From: Carpediemonas membranifera BICM
Lineage: Eukaryota; Protista; Fornicata
Direction of reading: 5' to 3'
DNA: 64,000 nucleotides
Assembly: GCA_019828565.1 (NCBI GenBank)
Contig: JAHDYR010000038.1
Coordinates: 512,735 to 576,734 of the forward strand
Positions 59,178 through 64,000 of the stretch are shown here, in pieces. Each line of letters starts with the position of its first letter. Position 1 is the first letter of the stretch. The notes under the pieces are model-generated. The model did not search any database. It saw nothing but the letters and a program-made list of their open reading frames with translations, and was not told where the DNA came from. The position numbers and the translations under genes were made by a program.

Positions 59178-60589
59178 TACGGATCTGTTAAATGAGCTGT
59201 GATGATCGAGGACAGCACACGATGTGTCCTTTTTGGAATTCAGTGGAGCACAGTGGCTGCAATACTGCTCAAACAGGCCTCGGGGGCCGACTGGTCGAGT
59301 TGGCCTGATAAGGAGCGGCCGAATTTTTGATGAGTTAAGTCAATGTGTACTTTGGACTCAATTATTCTAGTCCTGCGTGGCACATCTGGTGGTCGGTGGT
59401 AACATCGGTGGGCCTTGATCAGTTCAACGACAAGTTTTCGTATTTATTGCTGTTTCGATTAAAAAGTGGACAAGTTGTGTTGTTGATAACAGGTTATGGA
59501 CATTATGAATGATGGAGACGTCGGCGTACAGTTGCCAGGGGGAGGCACCCCTCGCCCAGCAGACACGCGTACTCCGGTCCATAGCAAACCGTCACGTTGT
59601 GTTGGTCAACAATGTGGTGACGTTGTTGGTCATGACGCCCCATGCCTTGGTGATGTCATTCAGCGCGGACCACAATTCTGACTGCAAAAAGAAAGTCGGA
59701 CAATCGTTCTTGTCGTCATTGTAGACCTTGCTAAAGCCGGTATCGGAACCGACAGTTCTATCGTTTGTCCAGGCTTTGACAGAGAAGTCCCAAGATTCGG
59801 CGGTTGTCGCACTCAAGGAGATCGCCGGCGGAGGCCATCCACTCGCCAGTCTCGTGAGCAAACAGAAAGTGCATGCCGGGGATGTAAGAGGCGGTATAGT
59901 CATCAATAGCAACATATTCATCGGCACGGTCGACACGACTGCAGTGAAGTCGTTGATAGAAGATCGGGAAAGTGATCATCATTGATGATCATTGGCTGAC
60001 GATACGGCGAGGTATATTGTTGAATCTCAACGTTGAAGCTAATTGATAACATAGTGGGCGTGCTCTTTTGCGAGCTGAAGCATTTCCATCAGATTAGGCA
60101 TCAATTCATCTCTCTCTGTGAATTCGGAGGAGGATGGCGAGAAATGGCGGTGATAATGGCCGCTATGACCACACTTCAGCAGTTTGTCCATTCAAGATGA
60201 CAGGGGAGCAAGAATTTGGTGCTTCATTTGTTCATCCGAAATCTCACGATCTTGATCACCAGGTTATGGCGCGCCAGGACCCGTGATGGTGTACAGTGGA
60301 AAGTTACCAACTATCGACACAATGGCTCGACACCAGCAATTTCTTCTTCTTCGATGGCTTGCCCTTCCCGAGAGGTTGCGACTTCGGTGGCATGCCGGTC
60401 GTTCTCTAAGTAGGCCACGGGAGAAGCCCTCAGCGAGACTACCAGGCGTTATGCATGCCCCAATGTCACTGATCTCTTCAGATCGTTTTTGTTTTCTTGA
60501 TTCTGATTGATACGAAAGTAGGATTGAGTGCATCTGACCACAGGATTTCGTGTCTCGGATTCCAAGACATCAATCGTCAAAGAATAGTC

Positions 60590-61175
60590 ATGAACTTCAT
60601 CGTTGCTCTTCTTCTTGTTGCAATTGCCAGCTGCGTCGTCATCCAGCCACTTACCTTCCCCACGATGGGTGAGATGCTTGCTGTTGGCGAGAAGCACAAT
60701 ATCACTTGTTCGTAGCGCTCGTACAACGTCACACAGGGGACACTGGCCACTACAGTGGCGACTCCGTCTCCATCTGGATCAACTTCAACAGCACCGACGC
60801 TCAGGACCAGTTCGAGAACACCAACGGCAACTTCAACTTCGTTCGTCACACATTTCTTTGATCACACAGACCTGCGTCGAAAACGACGGCTTCCAGGACC
60901 TCGACATGACCATCCCGACCGACGACATCCAGAAGGTCGTTGACGAGATCACCAAGGCTTTCGGCCTTCCCGACGTCGACATGACCTGGGTCATTGACTC
61001 CCTCATCTCCACGATCAACGCCATCCCCATGGACGAGCGCAACATGACCATCTCCATCACCCCCTGCAACCAGAACGACGTCGTCTACTTCGAGTCCTAC
61101 GCCTACCTCTCGGCTGCCCCCAAGGTCTTCGTCGCCCTCGCCACCGTCCTCCTGGCTATGCTCTTCGTGTTCTAA
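60590..61175 (+). CDS. GPI-type small protein, copy 2 (two 29-nt introns)
   Basis: Duplicate of 13667-14252. Confidence 0.78.
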
Positions 61176-61865
61176 GTCGTAAATATGTGATGCTTCCGTC
61201 GCCGGTGTGATACAAGGTGGAATCGATTGCTTCGATGACCTTCGAGGGGGGTTAGCTCTTCCTCTGCTTAGTGCAGGCTATTGGCGCTGCAATAGCCAGG
61301 AAATACTGTTCCCCGCCGAGATTCAGCATACTGCCAGGTCGCGCTAAACTGCACGCTTCGCTGAAGACAGTGTGACGCCGTCATCGTGACTGATTCGCAG
61401 AATAAGGTCGGGATGTGCAGTTTAGTGCAAATGCTGCTAGGTCCCCCGTTAGAGTCCAGTCAGGTCTGATCATAAGAACTGTGGATATGAGCAGCAGCAA
61501 CAACGGCACAACAGCAGCCGTCATGTCGCTGACCTGCACAAGATCGCACAACGAATTTCAGGTTTTGGTCGTGTCGCAAAATTCTCCGCTTGGGTTTCCG
61601 CGGCCCAGCTGACGGGTCAACTGACCCACCTGACCCTCCCTGCTGCGGTGAATAAACTGCCGTCTTCTCGAACATCCAGAAGTACATTGGTCGAGTACTG
61701 TCGAAATTCGCAGACAAAAGCAGCTATGCAGGGTGAATTTACCCACACTGGCCCGTCAGATACGGTCTCGTGCAAGATCGTGAGCGAGATTGGTGAGATC
61801 GTATCCTGCACAAGAATACCATCCCGAACATGTACAACGGCGAGCTGCTTGGAGATGAAGTCCAG

Positions 61866-62651
61866 ATGAACGCAAATGAAGAAAATGGCACTAAGACGCC
61901 TCAAAATGCTTTCCTGAACGATGAGATGGAAGGGATCACGCTCACCGATAACTCCATCCCCCACCAGATGATCGACCTCCCCGAGAATCTCTCTGACCTT
62001 CCCGACTTTCAAAAAGAGAACAGAAATGTTCTCCGCGTCATTCTGTCTCCTGGCGAGCAGATGATCGCGATCAAAGACTCGATGCTCTCCTACATCGGCT
62101 CTCTCAAGTTCAAACACAAGGGGAAGACCATGAAGAAGGTCCTGGCCATGGCACTCACTCCTGATGCCCATGTTCCCCTGATGACTGTCACCAACTACTC
62201 TGAGACCGAGCACGCAGCCATATTCTTCTCCCGCGGCCGTCACGTAATTCCCATGACTCTGAACGGGTCGATAATCGTCAACTCGAACTCTCTACTCTGC
62301 TTTGACCCCGTTATTGACTACGAGATCAAGATGATGAAGAGCGTCAAAACAATCGTTCGTTCCGGTCTCTTCCAGCTCTTCCTTAACGGACAAGGGAGGG
62401 TCGCACTTGTCGCCCCAACCATCCCCATCACCATGCGAGTCAAGCCCGACAGACCTGTCAGAGTTGACGTCAACTGCGCAGTCGCTTGGTCGGCATCACT
62501 CGATTTCACTTTCAAGTTTAACTTTACGAAAAAGGACTTCATCGGTCTGGGGTCTGGAGAGCAGATCCAGCTCGAGTTCTCAGGCGATGGCTTCGTGATG
62601 GTCGCAGCTACAGCCAAAGCACCCGTACTCGGCGGCTCCACGCGTGGCTAA
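61866..62651 (+). CDS. AIM24 family protein, copy 2
   Basis: Duplicate of 14943-15728. Confidence 0.75.
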   Translation: MNANEENGTKTPQNAFLNDEMEGITLTDNSIPHQMIDLPENLSDLPDFQKENRNVLRVILSPGEQMIAIKDSMLSYIGSLKFKHKGKTMKKVLAMALTPDAHVPLMTVTNYSETEHAAIFFSRGRHVIPMTLNGSIIVNSNSLLCFDPVIDYEIKMMKSVKTIVRSGLFQLFLNGQGRVALVAPTIPITMRVKPDRPVRVDVNCAVAWSASLDFTFKFNFTKKDFIGLGSGEQIQLEFSGDGFVMVAATAKAPVLGGSTRG

Positions 62652-62695
62652 ACGTAGTAAACTAACCCATTAAACACTTATAGTATGGAAGTAGA

Positions 62696-64000
62696 TCACA
62701 GCAATCTCGATGTTGGCCCTTCCGTGCTGGGTCCACGTGTCGCCAGCCTATTTGCGACATACAGAAAGATAAGTTTATGATTGAGGGGTTGGGTCGATGT
62801 CGACCGGGATGATGTATGTCCACCTTTTGGGAGCCTTGCACTTGACAAGCTCAGCCACCCCATCTGACTCATCCACCCATTCGAACCACTGGCCGGTGGG
62901 GCCGCAGAAGCGGAGGGGGAATTTGCTGAACGCTGTCGCCTCAATAGGAACCATGGTAAGATTGTCATCGTCGTTGCAGCAGTGGGTTAGACCCTCAGTG
63001 ACCCAGACCATCCGATTGAAGGCACAGAAGAACCCCTTGACCCTCTCTGGGAGCCGGAGCGGGGTGGGTGTGAGGCAGAGGTCGTCCTCACGGCATCGAG
63101 GCAGCAGGCCCGACTGGGCGATATGAGGGAGAACTCCACCAGCGAATAGCAGTTGGCGGCCACTGAGGAAGACGTTGAATTCATATTCAGAGGTCATGAT
63201 CCGGTCGACCCTGAAGGGCAGGTCGACGAAGCCAGAGGTCTCATCCTCGTGCCCGAGTCCCAGCTGGCCTGTTGCCCCCGCTGATCACATGACGATCGCC
63301 CATGGAGAGGATTACAGTCCAGATATCATGCATGATGTGATCTGGGACAAAGCTAGTGGGCACAGCGACTGGATGGAAGAAGTATCTACTCTCCTCCTCG
63401 ACTGGGCCGACATACCATTCTGGATGTCCACCAGCCATGACAGTGCCGACCGAAGAGAGGAGAACGTCCGATCTCTCTTCATCGACACACCAGACACCAT
63501 ACTGTGCTTCTCCCAGGTGGGCAGGCTGGCCTCGAGCGCGGCGACCTTGGGGCAGGCGGGGAAGGTGAGGCGGGTCGGGTCGTTGAACCTAAATGACTGG
63601 AACCCAAGCTGGCTACGTCCGTTAGTGCCCCAGCCCCACAGGCCCTTGGGTGTCCTGGTGATGTGGCTGAACCCGTCGTTGTAGACATCGAGGGCCCTGG
63701 GCATCCTGGCCCTGGTGAGGGCGGTGTGCTTGGCAGTGTCGAGCATGAATAGGCGGCCCATGTACATGCGGTGGTGGTAACATCTGTCGTGCCCAGGGCT
63801 CTGATAGCTCTCGCCGTCCTTCTCGGCGACGTTCAGCGTGAAGAAGAACTTGCGGCAGAGGAACCAGAGGCACTTGGCCTCGGGGGTGAGAGTCTTGCGG
63901 ATCTTGTCGTGCATCTCGGTATTGTATGGAAACCTCTTTTGAGCCTCCTCCAGCACCCCTGTCCTCGAGGTCGGGGTTGGCCCCGCCACCCACCAGACAC
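62696..64000 (-). pseudogene. RCC1-like pseudogene, copy 2 (truncated by the window edge)
   Basis: Duplicate of 15773-17076. Confidence 0.55.

Larger units (their letters stand above)
55857..64000 (+). repeat. Segmental duplication, copy 2 of 8936-17076
   Basis: Near-identical; I found 6 substitutions and 3 single-base insertions by eye. Confidence 0.97.

Noticed and set aside
1-64000. CRISPR arrays, tRNA or rRNA genes
   Set aside because: No regularly spaced repeat-spacer array, cloverleaf or rRNA signature was recognised by eye; tRNAscan-SE/Infernal would be decisive.

Overview
Gene-dense genomic DNA from a eukaryotic protist with tiny 29-31 nt spliceosomal introns. The gene content resembles a free-living fornicate such as Carpediemonas, but that assignment is tentative. 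Positions 1-20233 hold host genes: cytidine deaminase, a CDK, AP-1 gamma adaptin, muskelin, a Cys-rich/LRR secreted protein, a GPI-type protein, AIM24, an RCC1-like pseudogene and lysyl-tRNA synthetase. Positions 20234-55856 are a four-level nest of mobile elements that can be resolved to the base. Chromodomain Ty3/gypsy element A contains element B. B contains elements C and D and an ~11.1 kb TIR DNA transposon (F). F contains element E inside its transposase. All five LTR elements have identical, very short LTR pairs (50-122 bp) and 4-bp TSDs. In place of a tRNA primer-binding site, each has a 10-14 bp perfect palindrome abutting the 5' LTR. Transposon F has 47-bp TIRs and a CMC/Transib-like DDE transposase. 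Its cargo is a chromatin/ubiquitin toolkit: PHD-like finger, SET, OTU, GNAT and a caspase/CHAT-like peptidase. From 55857 the window repeats 8936-17076 almost identically, and the duplication breakpoint coincides with element A's right boundary. Scattered single-base frameshifts may be assembly errors.
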